This document shows, in pieces, positions 29,885-39,950 of a stretch of 64,000 bases of DNA. Both the position numbers and the translations under genes were made by a program. Where the stretch lies: contig JAJTHB010000012.1 of the NCBI GenBank assembly GCA_021299465.1, forward strand, positions 16,173-80,172, in the 5' to 3' direction. The notes beneath the pieces are model-generated. The model searched no databases. It saw nothing but the letters and a program-made list of their open reading frames with translations, and was not told the DNA's origin. Each line of letters starts with the position of its first letter. Positions within the stretch are counted from its first letter, which is position 1. The stretch is from Rickettsiales bacterium. Its GTDB lineage: Bacteria; Pseudomonadota; Alphaproteobacteria; Rickettsiales; SXRF01.

Positions 29885-31024
29885 ATGATGAGCCTACAAG
29901 ATGCATCCGTACTGGTAACCGGCGGCGCCGGCCTGATCGGCTCACACCTGGTGGACGCGCTCGTTGACCGCGGCGCCAGGGTCACAATCCTTGATAATCT
30001 CGATGAACAAACGCACCCCAAAGGAAAGCCGGACTGGCTGAACCCAAAAGCAAAATTTATCCACGGCGACTGCCGCAGTCGCGATGATTGGAAAAAAGCG
30101 CTCACCGGTGTTGATCTGGTTTTTCATCAGGCGGCCTTTGGCGGGTTCACGCCGCAGCTTTCGCAGTATCTCGATAGCAATGCTTCCGGCACGGCGCTGA
30201 TGTTTGAAGTGATTCGCGATCACAAACTGCCAATCAAAAAAATTGTCGCTGCTTCCAGTCAGGCGGTGTACGGCGAAAGCGGCTATGAAACCAAAAATGG
30301 CCAGCGAATCTATCCAAAAACCTTAAGGCCGCTGACCCAGCTCAAGGCAGGGCGTTTTGAAACCGAGCACGCCGAAACCGGCGAGGTGATGAAGCCCATC
30401 CTTAATCCGGAAGATCGCCCGCTTCATACCGAAACGATTTATGGCATCTCCAAATTAGCCGAAGAAAAGCTCGTGATTGGGCTTGGAAGGCATCTGGGCA
30501 TTCCGACGGTCGCGCTGCGCTATGCTGTCACGTACGGCCCGCGCCAGTCGCTCTTTAATCCCTATACCGGCGTGGTGAGTATTTTTTCAACGCAGCTGCT
30601 GAACGATGTCGCACCGGTTGTATATGAGGATGGCGAGCAGACACGCGACTTCCTTTATGTCGCCGATAATGTCAGCGCGAATCTGCTCGTGATGGAAAAA
30701 AACGAAGCGGATTATCAGGTGTTTAATGTTGGGCGTGGTGAGCCGGTGAGCGTAAACCGGCTGGTGAACCTGCTCGCGCGCTACTACCAGAAGAATATCG
30801 CCCCAAAACTCACCGGTGAATTCCGCCCTGGTGATGTGCGTCACTTTGTACATGATGCATCAAAACTATGCGCGCTTGGTTGGAAACCTGCTGTTTCGCT
30901 CGAAGACGGCCTGAAGCATTATGTCCAGTGGATCACCACACAAGGTGATGTCGGCGAATATTTTTCTGCCGCCCGCGAGCGCATGCGCCAAAGTGGCATC
31001 GTGCATAGCAAAAGCGCCGCCTGA
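29885..31024 (+). CDS. NAD-dependent sugar-nucleotide epimerase/dehydratase (extended SDR)
   Basis: VTGGAGLIGSHL, a catalytic SS...YGISK triad, and 379 aa with an insertion relative to a minimal SDR. Confidence 0.8.
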   Translation: MMSLQDASVLVTGGAGLIGSHLVDALVDRGARVTILDNLDEQTHPKGKPDWLNPKAKFIHGDCRSRDDWKKALTGVDLVFHQAAFGGFTPQLSQYLDSNASGTALMFEVIRDHKLPIKKIVAASSQAVYGESGYETKNGQRIYPKTLRPLTQLKAGRFETEHAETGEVMKPILNPEDRPLHTETIYGISKLAEEKLVIGLGRHLGIPTVALRYAVTYGPRQSLFNPYTGVVSIFSTQLLNDVAPVVYEDGEQTRDFLYVADNVSANLLVMEKNEADYQVFNVGRGEPVSVNRLVNLLARYYQKNIAPKLTGEFRPGDVRHFVHDASKLCALGWKPAVSLEDGLKHYVQWITTQGDVGEYFSAARERMRQSGIVHSKSAA

Positions 31025-32835
31025 TGTGTGGCTTTGCCAGCATCTTCCATAGCGATGGCAAACCGATCGATTCAAAAGCCCTTGCCCGCATGGCTGCTAC
31101 CATGGTTCATCGCGGACCTGATGATGCTGGACTCGAAACGGTATCAACACAGGGAAGCAATCGCTCAGCTAATCTTGGCTTTGCTTTTCGGCGGCTTGCG
31201 ATTATCGACCTGTCATCCGCCGGTCATCAGCCGATGGCAAGCGACGACGGCGACATCATGCTGGTCTTTAACGGCGAAATTTATAATGCTCCGGTGCTTA
31301 GGCGTGAGCTTGAAAAAAGCGGCGCGCAATTTCGCGGCCACAGCGATACCGAAGTGATCCTGAGGCTCTATGAGCGCATCGGAACGCGCTGCTTTGCCGA
31401 GCTGAACGGTATGTTTGCGATCATGCTCTGGGACGGGCGAACACAAAAGCTGCATCTGGTGCGTGACCGCCTTGGCATCAAGCCACTTTATTATGCCCAC
31501 TACGGTGCAAGCCTGATTGCCGCGTCCGAGATTAAAGCAATCGTTTCGGTTCCGGAAGTAAAACGGGCATTTGATCCGGTTGGGGTTGCCGATTACATGC
31601 GCTTTCAGTTTTGCCTTGGTGAGGAAACATTATTTGACGGCATCAAGCTGCTATCACCTGGTACGATGCTCACCTACGATGCATCAAAACAAGGTCTGCA
31701 CTGGGTGCGTGAGCGTTTCTGGCAGTGGCGCAGCCGGCCTAACCATGCTCGCTCGCTCGCTGATACGGCGCATGAGCTGCGGCATACGATAGAAGAGGCG
31801 CTGCGGCGTCAGACACGCAGCGACGTGCCGGTTGGCACGTTCCTCAGCAGCGGCATGGATACCGGTGCCATCGCTGCGCTTGCAACCAGGCAAATACCAA
31901 ACCTGCATAGCTTTACCTGTGGCTTTGATACGGCAGGTATTGCAGGTGATGAAGTATTCAGCGATGAGCGAGGAGACAGCGAGCAACTGGCGAAGCGTCT
32001 TGGCACGATGCATCATGTGCTGACGCTTGGAGCATCAGCCATGCCCGATTACTTTACCCGCACGATCTGGCACATGGAATCCCCGCAGGTCGGCATCAGC
32101 TATCAGATTCTTGCGATGGCCGAAGCAATCAGGCCGCATGTCACGGTCGTACTTTCCGGCACCGGCGGCGATGAGCTTTTTGCTGGTTACCAGTGGCGCT
32201 ACCAGCCGCTTATCGCAGAAAAAGACATGCAGACGCTGGATAATAAACTTTATCAGCAGTGGTGCCGCTTGCTGAGTGACGATGCGTGCCATACGCTGCT
32301 TACGAAAGATTACAGCGTATCCTCTCGCGCCCGTTTTCAAGCACTTATGAGTGAATGCGACAGCGACGAGCCGCTGGATCGCATGCTGCATGTCGAGCGC
32401 CTTGGCTTTTTGCATGGATTGCTGCAGGTTGACGATAAGCTGAACATGGCCGCGAGTGTTGAATCACGCGTGCCGCTCCTTGATAACGAGGTGATAGATC
32501 TTGCCGAGACGATTCCTGCCTTCATGAAATATGATGGCCAAACCGGTAAAATCATTCTGAAAGAGGCCTTAAAAGGCTTGCTGCCGGATGAGGTTATTAA
32601 CCGCCGTAAGCAAGGTTTTACCCCGCCTGATGCCCATCACCTACGCGCCAGTAACCACCGCTGGGCAACCGAGCGCCTGACCAGTGAATCATTCCGCAGT
32701 ATGGGCATGTTTGAAGATGGCGCGGCAGAAAAAATCCTCGCCGAACATCGAAGCGGCGCGCAGAACCACCGCTTCCTTATCTGGGCGATGCTATGCTTGC
32801 ACGGGGTGCAAGAGTTGTATATGGAGAAGTTATGA
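31024..32835 (+). CDS. Asparagine synthetase B-like glutamine amidotransferase
   Basis: N-terminal nucleophile (MCGFASIF), a GATase-2 domain, and the PP-loop SSGMDTG. Confidence 0.85.
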   Translation: MCGFASIFHSDGKPIDSKALARMAATMVHRGPDDAGLETVSTQGSNRSANLGFAFRRLAIIDLSSAGHQPMASDDGDIMLVFNGEIYNAPVLRRELEKSGAQFRGHSDTEVILRLYERIGTRCFAELNGMFAIMLWDGRTQKLHLVRDRLGIKPLYYAHYGASLIAASEIKAIVSVPEVKRAFDPVGVADYMRFQFCLGEETLFDGIKLLSPGTMLTYDASKQGLHWVRERFWQWRSRPNHARSLADTAHELRHTIEEALRRQTRSDVPVGTFLSSGMDTGAIAALATRQIPNLHSFTCGFDTAGIAGDEVFSDERGDSEQLAKRLGTMHHVLTLGASAMPDYFTRTIWHMESPQVGISYQILAMAEAIRPHVTVVLSGTGGDELFAGYQWRYQPLIAEKDMQTLDNKLYQQWCRLLSDDACHTLLTKDYSVSSRARFQALMSECDSDEPLDRMLHVERLGFLHGLLQVDDKLNMAASVESRVPLLDNEVIDLAETIPAFMKYDGQTGKIILKEALKGLLPDEVINRRKQGFTPPDAHHLRASNHRWATERLTSESFRSMGMFEDGAAEKILAEHRSGAQNHRFLIWAMLCLHGVQELYMEKL

Positions 32836-33713
32836 CCAACACCGCGCAAAGTTTTAAAGATAAATGGGAAAAGAACCAGCAGCTGGCGTTTGCCGAAACC
32901 TCGCGCGTGGGCTCGGATACTTATCAATGGATACTCAAGCGCAATGGTTTTGCCGATGCCCAACAATTAAGCGAGTTTCTAATAAACAAGCACCGGATTT
33001 TGGATGCGGGGTGTGGTAATGGACGCGTCACCAACCTTCTTGCTCAACACGCAACGGCGAAGACACAGATTGTAGCCGTTGATCTGGTCGCGGCAGAGGT
33101 CGCCCGTGTCAATTTAAGTCATCGGCCGAATATTTCAGTGTCGTCAGCAGATTTACTTGGTTCGCTGGTTCATTTAGGCCTGTTTGATTTTATTTATTGT
33201 CAGGAGGTGCTTCATCATACCGATGATCCTAAACGTGCCTTCCTTAATCTATGCAAGCAGCTTGCGCCGGGCGGCGAGATCGCGATCTATGTGTACAAGA
33301 AAAAAGCGCCAGCGCGCGAGTTTGTGGATGATTATATCCGCGATCGCATTGCGCCACTACCCTATGACGAAGCGATTAAAACCGCACAACAGATTAGTGA
33401 GCTTGGCCGAGCGCTTGATGCACTCAATATTGAATTCGACGCTCCAGCAGTTGATGTGCTGGAGATTCCTGAAGGGCGTTATACCGTACAGCGGTTCTTC
33501 TATCATTTTTTTATGAAATGTTATTGGAACCACGGTCTTTCACGCGAGGAGAACGATGCGGTGAACTATGATTGGTATCATCCGCAAATAGCCACGCGCC
33601 ACACGCTGGACGAAGTATTGGGATGGTTTACCGAGGCTGGACTAGAAGTATCGCATCAGCTTCAGGATTTTTACGGCATCACCGTGCGCGGTGTGAACCT
33701 AAAACAAGGATAA
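32832..33713 (+). CDS. Class I SAM-dependent methyltransferase
   Basis: Motif I is ILDAGCGNGRV and the post-I acidic residue is VAVDL. The ATG overlaps the asnB-like stop (ATGA). Confidence 0.7.
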   Translation: MTNTAQSFKDKWEKNQQLAFAETSRVGSDTYQWILKRNGFADAQQLSEFLINKHRILDAGCGNGRVTNLLAQHATAKTQIVAVDLVAAEVARVNLSHRPNISVSSADLLGSLVHLGLFDFIYCQEVLHHTDDPKRAFLNLCKQLAPGGEIAIYVYKKKAPAREFVDDYIRDRIAPLPYDEAIKTAQQISELGRALDALNIEFDAPAVDVLEIPEGRYTVQRFFYHFFMKCYWNHGLSREENDAVNYDWYHPQIATRHTLDEVLGWFTEAGLEVSHQLQDFYGITVRGVNLKQG

Positions 33714-33717
33714 AGTC

Positions 33718-34680
33718 GTGCCGCGTTCTTTGATTTCAGTTGTCGTTCCGATCTATAACGAAGAAGCGAATATCCACAATTTTTACGAGCGGCTTACGGC
33801 AGCGGTAGATGGCCAGCCGTATGATGTGGAAATGATTCTGGTTAATGACGGCAGCCGCGACCGTAGCTTTGAGCTGCTGCGCGCTTTGGCCGAAAAAGAC
33901 CCGCGCGTGACGGCGGTCAATCTGTCGCGCAATTTCGGAAGCTACGCGGCGATTAATTGTGGATGGGAGATAGCAAGGGGCGATGCCATCATGTGTATCT
34001 CTGCCGATTTGCAGGACCCACCGGAAATCATCCGTGAGTTTTTTCCTGCATGGCAGCAGGGGCATCATGTGGTGTGGGGCGTGCGCGCTGGCCGCAAGGA
34101 CCCGTTCGTGAAATCGCTGCTGGCGAGATTTTTTTACTTCGTGCTACGCAAAGTAGCGCTGCCCGATTTTCCAAAAGATGGCATGGATATCGGGCTCTTT
34201 GATCGGCAGGTCGTGAATGAATATCTTAAATTAAAAGAAAAACACGGCGTGCCGTTTGTCACCATTTTCACCATGGGTTTCCGGCAAGCGCGTATTCCTT
34301 ATGTGCGCATGGAACGCACCGCTGGTGAAAGCGGATGGCCGTTCTGGAAAAGGGTGAAATTTGCGCTGGATGTGATTGTGGATCATTCCTACACGCCGAT
34401 CCGGCTGATGACGATGACCGGCTGCATCATTGCCGGTTTTGCTTTTGCTTATGCGCTGCTGCTTGTCTTTTTACGAGTATTCTTTGATCATGGCGGCGAC
34501 GGCTGGACATCGCTGGCGACGCTCATCGTTTTCCTTGGCGGCATCCAGATGATGTTCCTAGGCGTCATTGCCGAATATTTGTGGCGCACCAGCAGCCATG
34601 TCAATCACCGTCCGGCCTATTATGTGATGGACATTGTTTGCAGCGAAAAAAATCCTAATCGCAATTCGCAACCTTCGTAA
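33718..34680 (+). CDS. GT2 polyprenyl-phosphate glycosyltransferase (ArnC/GtrB/DPM1-like) with two C-terminal TM helices
   Basis: SVVVPIYNEEANI, LVNDGSRDRS, a DLQDPPE (DXD-type) motif, and two C-terminal TM helices. The start codon is GTG. Confidence 0.8.
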   Translation: MPRSLISVVVPIYNEEANIHNFYERLTAAVDGQPYDVEMILVNDGSRDRSFELLRALAEKDPRVTAVNLSRNFGSYAAINCGWEIARGDAIMCISADLQDPPEIIREFFPAWQQGHHVVWGVRAGRKDPFVKSLLARFFYFVLRKVALPDFPKDGMDIGLFDRQVVNEYLKLKEKHGVPFVTIFTMGFRQARIPYVRMERTAGESGWPFWKRVKFALDVIVDHSYTPIRLMTMTGCIIAGFAFAYALLLVFLRVFFDHGGDGWTSLATLIVFLGGIQMMFLGVIAEYLWRTSSHVNHRPAYYVMDIVCSEKNPNRNSQPS

Positions 34681-36298
34681 CCTCCAGCGCGGCGAGTGAG
34701 TAGAGCCAGTGGTCAATCGCTTTTTGCGATTCTCCGCCATAAGAATATAGCAGGTAGATCGCGCCTGCTGTCCATCGCTGTGCCGATTGCTTTGCTGGCG
34801 CAGGATCAAACCACACCTGACAGGCTGACTGATCATAATCCGGCAGCTTTCCTCGCCGGTCCATGAAATATTTACGCCACTCATTCCATAGTTCCTCTGT
34901 CATCGGCGGTTCGCTTAGCTTCACCCAATGGTCGCCATGTCCATACGCAGCACGCATCGGCCCAGCCCATTCATAGGGTCTGTAGGTTTCGCGGAAATAA
35001 AATTGTTTATTGCCAACAAATACGATGCGCGCACGCGCGAGCAGATCATTTTCCTTGATATGAAGTATCACGCCCCGATCAAAAGCTCCGCGAGCCTGCC
35101 AGATAAGATAGTCTTTGGAGAGCGTGATAAACGATAGTGTCACGAGCGCGATACCGATACGATGCCTCCAGATCTCGTTTCGAACCAGCAGGCCAAGGGC
35201 GCAAAACATGATGCTGCTTGCCAGAAAACCAACTGGCACCAGATGGCGCATCTCCCAGCCATAGGTGCTGGCCATGCGCTGAGCCAGCACGAAAGGCGCG
35301 CCGATTGCACCAAGCAGCAATAAAGCAACCGCCAGAAATATAGTATAATGCGCGAGCATTTTTTTGTCGGGGGATCGGCGCCAGATGAAGAAACCAGCAA
35401 CTGCAATAGCAGCCCATAACCCGATCAAGGCATCACGATGAAGTTTCCTGCTCGTTAGGTTTAAGATGTTTAGGTCAAGTGCAGAAAAAACATAGCCTAC
35501 ATAATGTTTAATCAACACCAGCGGTGAAAAGCTTATATTTCGGCTATGCGCATAGCCATCCTGAACCGGCATGAGGAACCAGATCGCTGCCATGAAGAAA
35601 ATCGCTGCCACCACAAAATCGCTGTAGCGTTGATAGCTGGATAGCAGGCCACGCCATGAAAGGGCTGGCCTTGATGAAATCCATACCAAAGCCGGCAGCA
35701 ATAGTCCGGCCACCACGTAGGCCTCGCTGATATAGGCAATCAGGAAGCAAATATGCGCCAGAAACCTCATTCCCAGAGCGCGCCCTTGATTCGAAAGCGC
35801 AAGCAGGAAAAGCAGGCCAGAGAAAAAGAAGGGCAGGGCAAGGATGTAGGTAAATGTTGTGACGGCCAGGTGAACCTGATAGGCCGGATAACTTGAGCCC
35901 AGTAGCGCAACCAGCAGGCACTCTTTTTTGCTAAGAGGACTATGGCGAAGCAGCAATGTATAGAAAAGCCATGATGATATGACGATGGCGGCCACAATCA
36001 CGACTTTGATTCCCAGCACCGGACCAAAATTAGAGCCAAGCCACCAATAAATCTGCCCGATCAGTACCCGGCCATTATCGCGCCATTCCTTTAAAATAAA
36101 ATCTTTGTTACCAGCCTCGAATTCGAACGTGTAATACCACGCGTCCCAATACGGTAAGTCATTGAAAAGCAGCAGAAGATGCGCGGCTAATGCATAAAAA
36201 CCAAGCAGGACGAATGCAGCGCGCTCCTGCTTGATAAATCGATAAATCGAGGCGATAAACATAACCTGCAGGGTTAATCCATCCGCCGAAACTAGCAA
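34655..36298 (-). CDS. Large polytopic membrane protein, candidate GT-C-type periplasmic glycosyltransferase
   Basis: 547 aa with about 11-13 TM segments. An acidic first loop (NDLPYWDAWYY) is followed later by a roughly 130-aa C-terminal soluble domain. It is convergent with and overlaps the GT2 gene. The family was not verified. Confidence 0.4.
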   Translation of the reverse strand: MLVSADGLTLQVMFIASIYRFIKQERAAFVLLGFYALAAHLLLLFNDLPYWDAWYYTFEFEAGNKDFILKEWRDNGRVLIGQIYWWLGSNFGPVLGIKVVIVAAIVISSWLFYTLLLRHSPLSKKECLLVALLGSSYPAYQVHLAVTTFTYILALPFFFSGLLFLLALSNQGRALGMRFLAHICFLIAYISEAYVVAGLLLPALVWISSRPALSWRGLLSSYQRYSDFVVAAIFFMAAIWFLMPVQDGYAHSRNISFSPLVLIKHYVGYVFSALDLNILNLTSRKLHRDALIGLWAAIAVAGFFIWRRSPDKKMLAHYTIFLAVALLLLGAIGAPFVLAQRMASTYGWEMRHLVPVGFLASSIMFCALGLLVRNEIWRHRIGIALVTLSFITLSKDYLIWQARGAFDRGVILHIKENDLLARARIVFVGNKQFYFRETYRPYEWAGPMRAAYGHGDHWVKLSEPPMTEELWNEWRKYFMDRRGKLPDYDQSACQVWFDPAPAKQSAQRWTAGAIYLLYSYGGESQKAIDHWLYSLAALEVTKVANCD

Positions 36299-36403
36299 TC
36301 ATTCTTTTTAAACGGTAGACAAAAGCCCGGCCGATGGCTAAGAGTGCCTACCCGTTTTTTAGAAACGGACATCGCTGGTTATAGTATTAACCATGGTTTA
36401 TGT

Positions 36404-36490
36404 GCCCAGGTGGCGGAATTGGTAGACGCACTAGCTTCAGGTGCTAGCGGCTTCACGGTCGTGGGGGTTCGAGTCCCTTCCTGGGCACCA
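36404..36490 (+). tRNA. tRNA-Leu (anticodon CAG), CCA encoded
   Basis: Acceptor stem GCCCAGG/CCTGGGC. Anticodon stem CTAGC/GCTAG with loop TTCAGGT. Long variable arm, T-loop TTCGAGT, discriminator A followed by CCA. Confidence 0.9.
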
Positions 36491-37991
36491 CTTCGGACTT
36501 AGTGTCCGAGAATTCTCTGAAAAGCGAGAAAGGGAGCGATAGAGCTGCGGTTCTATACCCCTCCTTTCGGTCATAGGCCAGAGGGCGTGCAAAAGTCGTT
36601 TTCAGCACCAATCTCTTGACCGATATATCGCCGGAAACCCAGCGGTGGTAAGGCTTTGCGAAGAATTGAAAGGCGGTTCTAGCCGTCTCCGTTACGGTGC
36701 TATCAAACTCCCCGCATTTCTGTATCCGCTCCTGCAAAACCAGCCGCTGCTCCTCCAAAGTTTTAATTTGGCGCTCATAGCTGGTGATAAGGATGGTGCT
36801 GTCTGCCGCCGCGATGCGGTCGAGAAACTGCTCCACCTTACGTTCAATCAGCAATATCTGGTTCTGGAGTTCCTTACGGCGCTCCACAATGTCACCCGAT
36901 TTGAGCTTCGACAGCTGATCCAGCATATTATCTACCATGCCCACCAGCGTGTCTGATGGTGTTAGCTCTTTCAGAAGCCTCACGAATTCATCCTCAAGGT
37001 AGTCGCGCTTGATGGACTTGCCGTATTGTTCGCAACCCTTGGTCTGGCACAGGTAATACGGGTATTTCCCGTTTCGCCCCTGCGTCCAGCAGGACTTCAT
37101 TGGCACGCCGCAGCAATCGCAGGTCACGAACCCGCGCAGCGGAAAGTCATGGCTTATGTCGTGCCGTGCTGGAACCTTGGCGCGGCCATGCAGCTTATCC
37201 TGAATCCGGCAAAAGGTTTCAAACGAGATAATTGGCTCATGATGCCCCTTGGTCAGGCCGATATTCCATTCCGGATAGTCAAAATAGCCGGAGTAAAGTT
37301 TCCGGTTCAGCATATCCAGCACACGCTGCATATGCACTTCTCCCTTCCGGTCTTTCGGAAAAACCGGCTGCTGCGCCAGAAAGTTTTTCACTTCAACCGG
37401 CGAGCTGAAGCGGTCGGAGGCAAAACCCTCCATCGCCTCTTGTATAACAGAAGCCAGCGGCTCATCCCGCACCAGCATTTTTCCATGCGTGCCGCGCTTC
37501 TCCATTTTATATCCGCGTGGTGGGCAGAGAATCCAATAGCCGCTCATCATCCGCGCACGCATCCGGTTCTTAACCTGCTCGGCGTTTTTCTGGCGCTGGT
37601 GCTGCGACACGCTGGCCAACAGGTTCTCGACAAGCTGGCTGTCTGAATCTTCCCCGAACTCGATAGAGGGCGATTGCAGCACGCCCCCGGCATCGCGAAT
37701 AGCGATGCGTAATTCCAGATGCGCCTTCACGCCTCGCGCCAAGCGGCTGATATCATCAATGATAACGACGATCTGCTCATGCTCGTGTTGCCGGAGATAA
37801 TCCAGCATCTGCGTCATGGCGGGGCGGTCAATCATGCTGCCGGAAATACCTTCCTCGGCAAAAACCTCTACCACCTCCAATTTTTTATGACGGGCGAACT
37901 CTCTGCACCGCGTTTCCTGTGAGGATAATCCGTGTCCGTTTTTCACCTGTTCCGGTGATGATACCCGGCAATAAATAACGGCTTTTTGCAT
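36453..37991 (-). CDS. Large serine recombinase (integrase)
   Basis: N-terminal resolvase domain ([12 protein letters not shown], with the catalytic Ser in YCRVSS). It is followed by a recombinase domain, a Cys-rich zinc ribbon (CDCCGVPM...YYLCQTKGC) and a coiled coil. The last 12 codons ([12 protein letters not shown]) are antisense to tRNA-Leu. Confidence 0.85.
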   Translation of the reverse strand: MQKAVIYCRVSSPEQVKNGHGLSSQETRCREFARHKKLEVVEVFAEEGISGSMIDRPAMTQMLDYLRQHEHEQIVVIIDDISRLARGVKAHLELRIAIRDAGGVLQSPSIEFGEDSDSQLVENLLASVSQHQRQKNAEQVKNRMRARMMSGYWILCPPRGYKMEKRGTHGKMLVRDEPLASVIQEAMEGFASDRFSSPVEVKNFLAQQPVFPKDRKGEVHMQRVLDMLNRKLYSGYFDYPEWNIGLTKGHHEPIISFETFCRIQDKLHGRAKVPARHDISHDFPLRGFVTCDCCGVPMKSCWTQGRNGKYPYYLCQTKGCEQYGKSIKRDYLEDEFVRLLKELTPSDTLVGMVDNMLDQLSKLKSGDIVERRKELQNQILLIERKVEQFLDRIAAADSTILITSYERQIKTLEEQRLVLQERIQKCGEFDSTVTETARTAFQFFAKPYHRWVSGDISVKRLVLKTTFARPLAYDRKEGYRTAALSLPFSLFREFSDTKSEVVPRKGLEPPRP

Positions 37992-38011
37992 GGCTTCTTC
38001 CATAAAAGCCC

Positions 38012-38239
38012 TCACAATTCAATGTCTTGAGGGTCTTTCGGAAGGATAGCTAGGTGCAGCTCGGAATCAATGCTCTTTTGATGTCTTTTTTCCTTTAACG
38101 CCAGCTGGTTAATGCCTAGTTGCTGGTCGAAATAATTCTCCAGCGTTACCCATACCGCATTCACCAGTTCGAGCTTTTGCTCTTCGCTCAAATCGAACTT
38201 ATCGACATACTGCCGATACGGGGTCAGGTCGGTAATCAT
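38012..38239 (-). CDS. Hypothetical small protein
   Basis: 75 aa, acidic, co-oriented immediately upstream of the recombinase. No family was recognised. Confidence 0.35.
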   Translation of the reverse strand: MITDLTPYRQYVDKFDLSEEQKLELVNAVWVTLENYFDQQLGINQLALKEKRHQKSIDSELHLAILPKDPQDIEL

Positions 38240-38416
38240 CGCCAGCCCCCAACGCGCATGAACGCCGCCTGCGCGTATGCAGGTGCGTTTGATTCAAAAC
38301 GATGAAAAAATGGGCTTTGGGTGCTGTGGAGTGCTGATGGTCGCACGTCCCGCGATGATATGTGTACACATACCAAATTCTGTTCACTGTGTTTAGCGTT
38401 TTGTTGTTCGAACATC

Positions 38417-38824
38417 CTAACGCCCTCTCTGCTTGGCGTTGAGGCGCATGGCGATCTTCAAAAGCGCAATCGTCCACATCTGCCATGCCTTGGTGCGACC
38501 ACAGCCGATGCGATAGCAAATGGGTTTCCACGGAACCCGCGCCGCACGCAGCCAAATCAGGCGGCGCTCGGCTTCATCATCTAGGAAGAAAATCCACTGG
38601 ATGGTTTCTTCCATCCGCGCCACGGCTTCCGCCGACGGGGGACCAAGGCGCATCGGCAGGCGGTCTTCCGCCAGCTGCTCCGCGACGGTTCGCACGATGG
38701 CTGGCCATGTGCTGAAATAACCCTGCACGCGCACGGGTGGCAGGCGCTTCAGCGTATAGGCCGCATCTTCAAAACGCTCGGCAACGTCCGTCACAGTCCA
38801 TTTTTCGGGGGTTTTGTATCTCAT
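38417..38824 (-). CDS. Phage-associated hypothetical protein
   Basis: The start was set at MRYKTPEKW, whose ATG overlaps the upstream stop (ATGA). The C-terminus is basic and HTH-like. The family was not verified. Confidence 0.45.
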   Translation of the reverse strand: MRYKTPEKWTVTDVAERFEDAAYTLKRLPPVRVQGYFSTWPAIVRTVAEQLAEDRLPMRLGPPSAEAVARMEETIQWIFFLDDEAERRLIWLRAARVPWKPICYRIGCGRTKAWQMWTIALLKIAMRLNAKQRGR

Positions 38825-39942
38825 GCTTTGCCCTCCGTGATGAGTTTTACGGAGGTCACCGTCGCGCCGCCTTCGGTGGCCGTGCGCCACCAGCGCGTCA
38901 GGTCTGGCATGTAATGCTGGTTAATCCATTGGCAGGCAAAGGCGCTTGGGCAGCGGATGATGACGGTGTTATCCTGCAAATCGGTGACGACCGTGTTGGC
39001 CAGCCAGCTGCGGCATGAGGCTTTGCTGTGCTTCTGCTGGAAGGCATCCAGCACCGCATCCCACGCCTGCTGCAAGCCCGGCACATCGCAGGCCGGTGGT
39101 TTGGGTGGATGACTGCCACCGGAGAATCCGCCTTCCAGAATCTTTGCCACATGGTCAGAGGATTCGACCGCCCAGCCAAGGTCAATCGTCCAATCCTTGC
39201 CTGCCACTTTGCCAAGGCAGAAATCGCTGCTTCCGATGACTTCGCAGAAATACCGCCATGCCCGGATGTCCTGCTGGAAGTCCTGCTGCCACCGCTCCAG
39301 CATTTGCTGTCTGCGTTTGGGTGTAATTCTGGCGCTTTGCCCTTTGGTCAGTTTGTTCTGAACCTCTGCATTCCAGATTTGCAGCATCTGCTCTGCAATG
39401 TCGTCTGGCAGGGCTTTTGTTTTCTCCCTCTCGCGCTCTCCCTCTGCTCTCGCTCTTATTTTTTTATCTGAAATCTGTTTTTTCTGCGTTTCTGCATCTG
39501 AGTCTGCAATCTGTAATCTGCTATCTGTATCTGGTGCCTTTTTTGCTGTTTTTGCGTCACCGCGTGCCACGTTGCGTTTCACCGCGTCACTTGCTGTCAC
39601 ATCGCGTTTCTTCGTGTCACGATGTTTTTGCATCCGCTCGGTGGAGGTGGTGTGCTGGCGCTTATCCCAAGCGGTGAGCCGGTTTTGCTCATTGAGCATT
39701 CCCTTGGTGTACATGGCGGCGATGATGGCCTCCACCGCCGCCGTTTCCATGTCCTGCATGATAGCGATTTGTTCAGCATCCACTTCCACCGTGCCGCGTG
39801 ATTTGTGCTGGGATGCCGCATCGAGCAAGCACGTCCAGACCGCCACGACGTGAGCCATCTTCTGTTTGGCACGATGCGCGATCACCTTGAGCTTAGGGTC
39901 GTGTGGCATACCGTGATACATCCTGAACCATTCCATCGCCAT
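38821..39942 (-). CDS. Putative phage/plasmid replication organiser with C-terminal DnaA-N-like domain
   Basis: The N-terminus (EWFRMYHGMPHDPKLKVIA...) resembles replisome-organiser N-domains. A charged low-complexity linker follows. The C-terminus (LQQAWDAVLDAFQQKHSKASCRSWLANTVVTDLQDNTVIIRCPSAFACQWINQHY) matches the DnaA domain I pattern. Confidence 0.45.
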   Translation of the reverse strand: MAMEWFRMYHGMPHDPKLKVIAHRAKQKMAHVVAVWTCLLDAASQHKSRGTVEVDAEQIAIMQDMETAAVEAIIAAMYTKGMLNEQNRLTAWDKRQHTTSTERMQKHRDTKKRDVTASDAVKRNVARGDAKTAKKAPDTDSRLQIADSDAETQKKQISDKKIRARAEGEREREKTKALPDDIAEQMLQIWNAEVQNKLTKGQSARITPKRRQQMLERWQQDFQQDIRAWRYFCEVIGSSDFCLGKVAGKDWTIDLGWAVESSDHVAKILEGGFSGGSHPPKPPACDVPGLQQAWDAVLDAFQQKHSKASCRSWLANTVVTDLQDNTVIIRCPSAFACQWINQHYMPDLTRWWRTATEGGATVTSVKLITEGKA

Positions 39943-39950
39943 GAGCCGGA

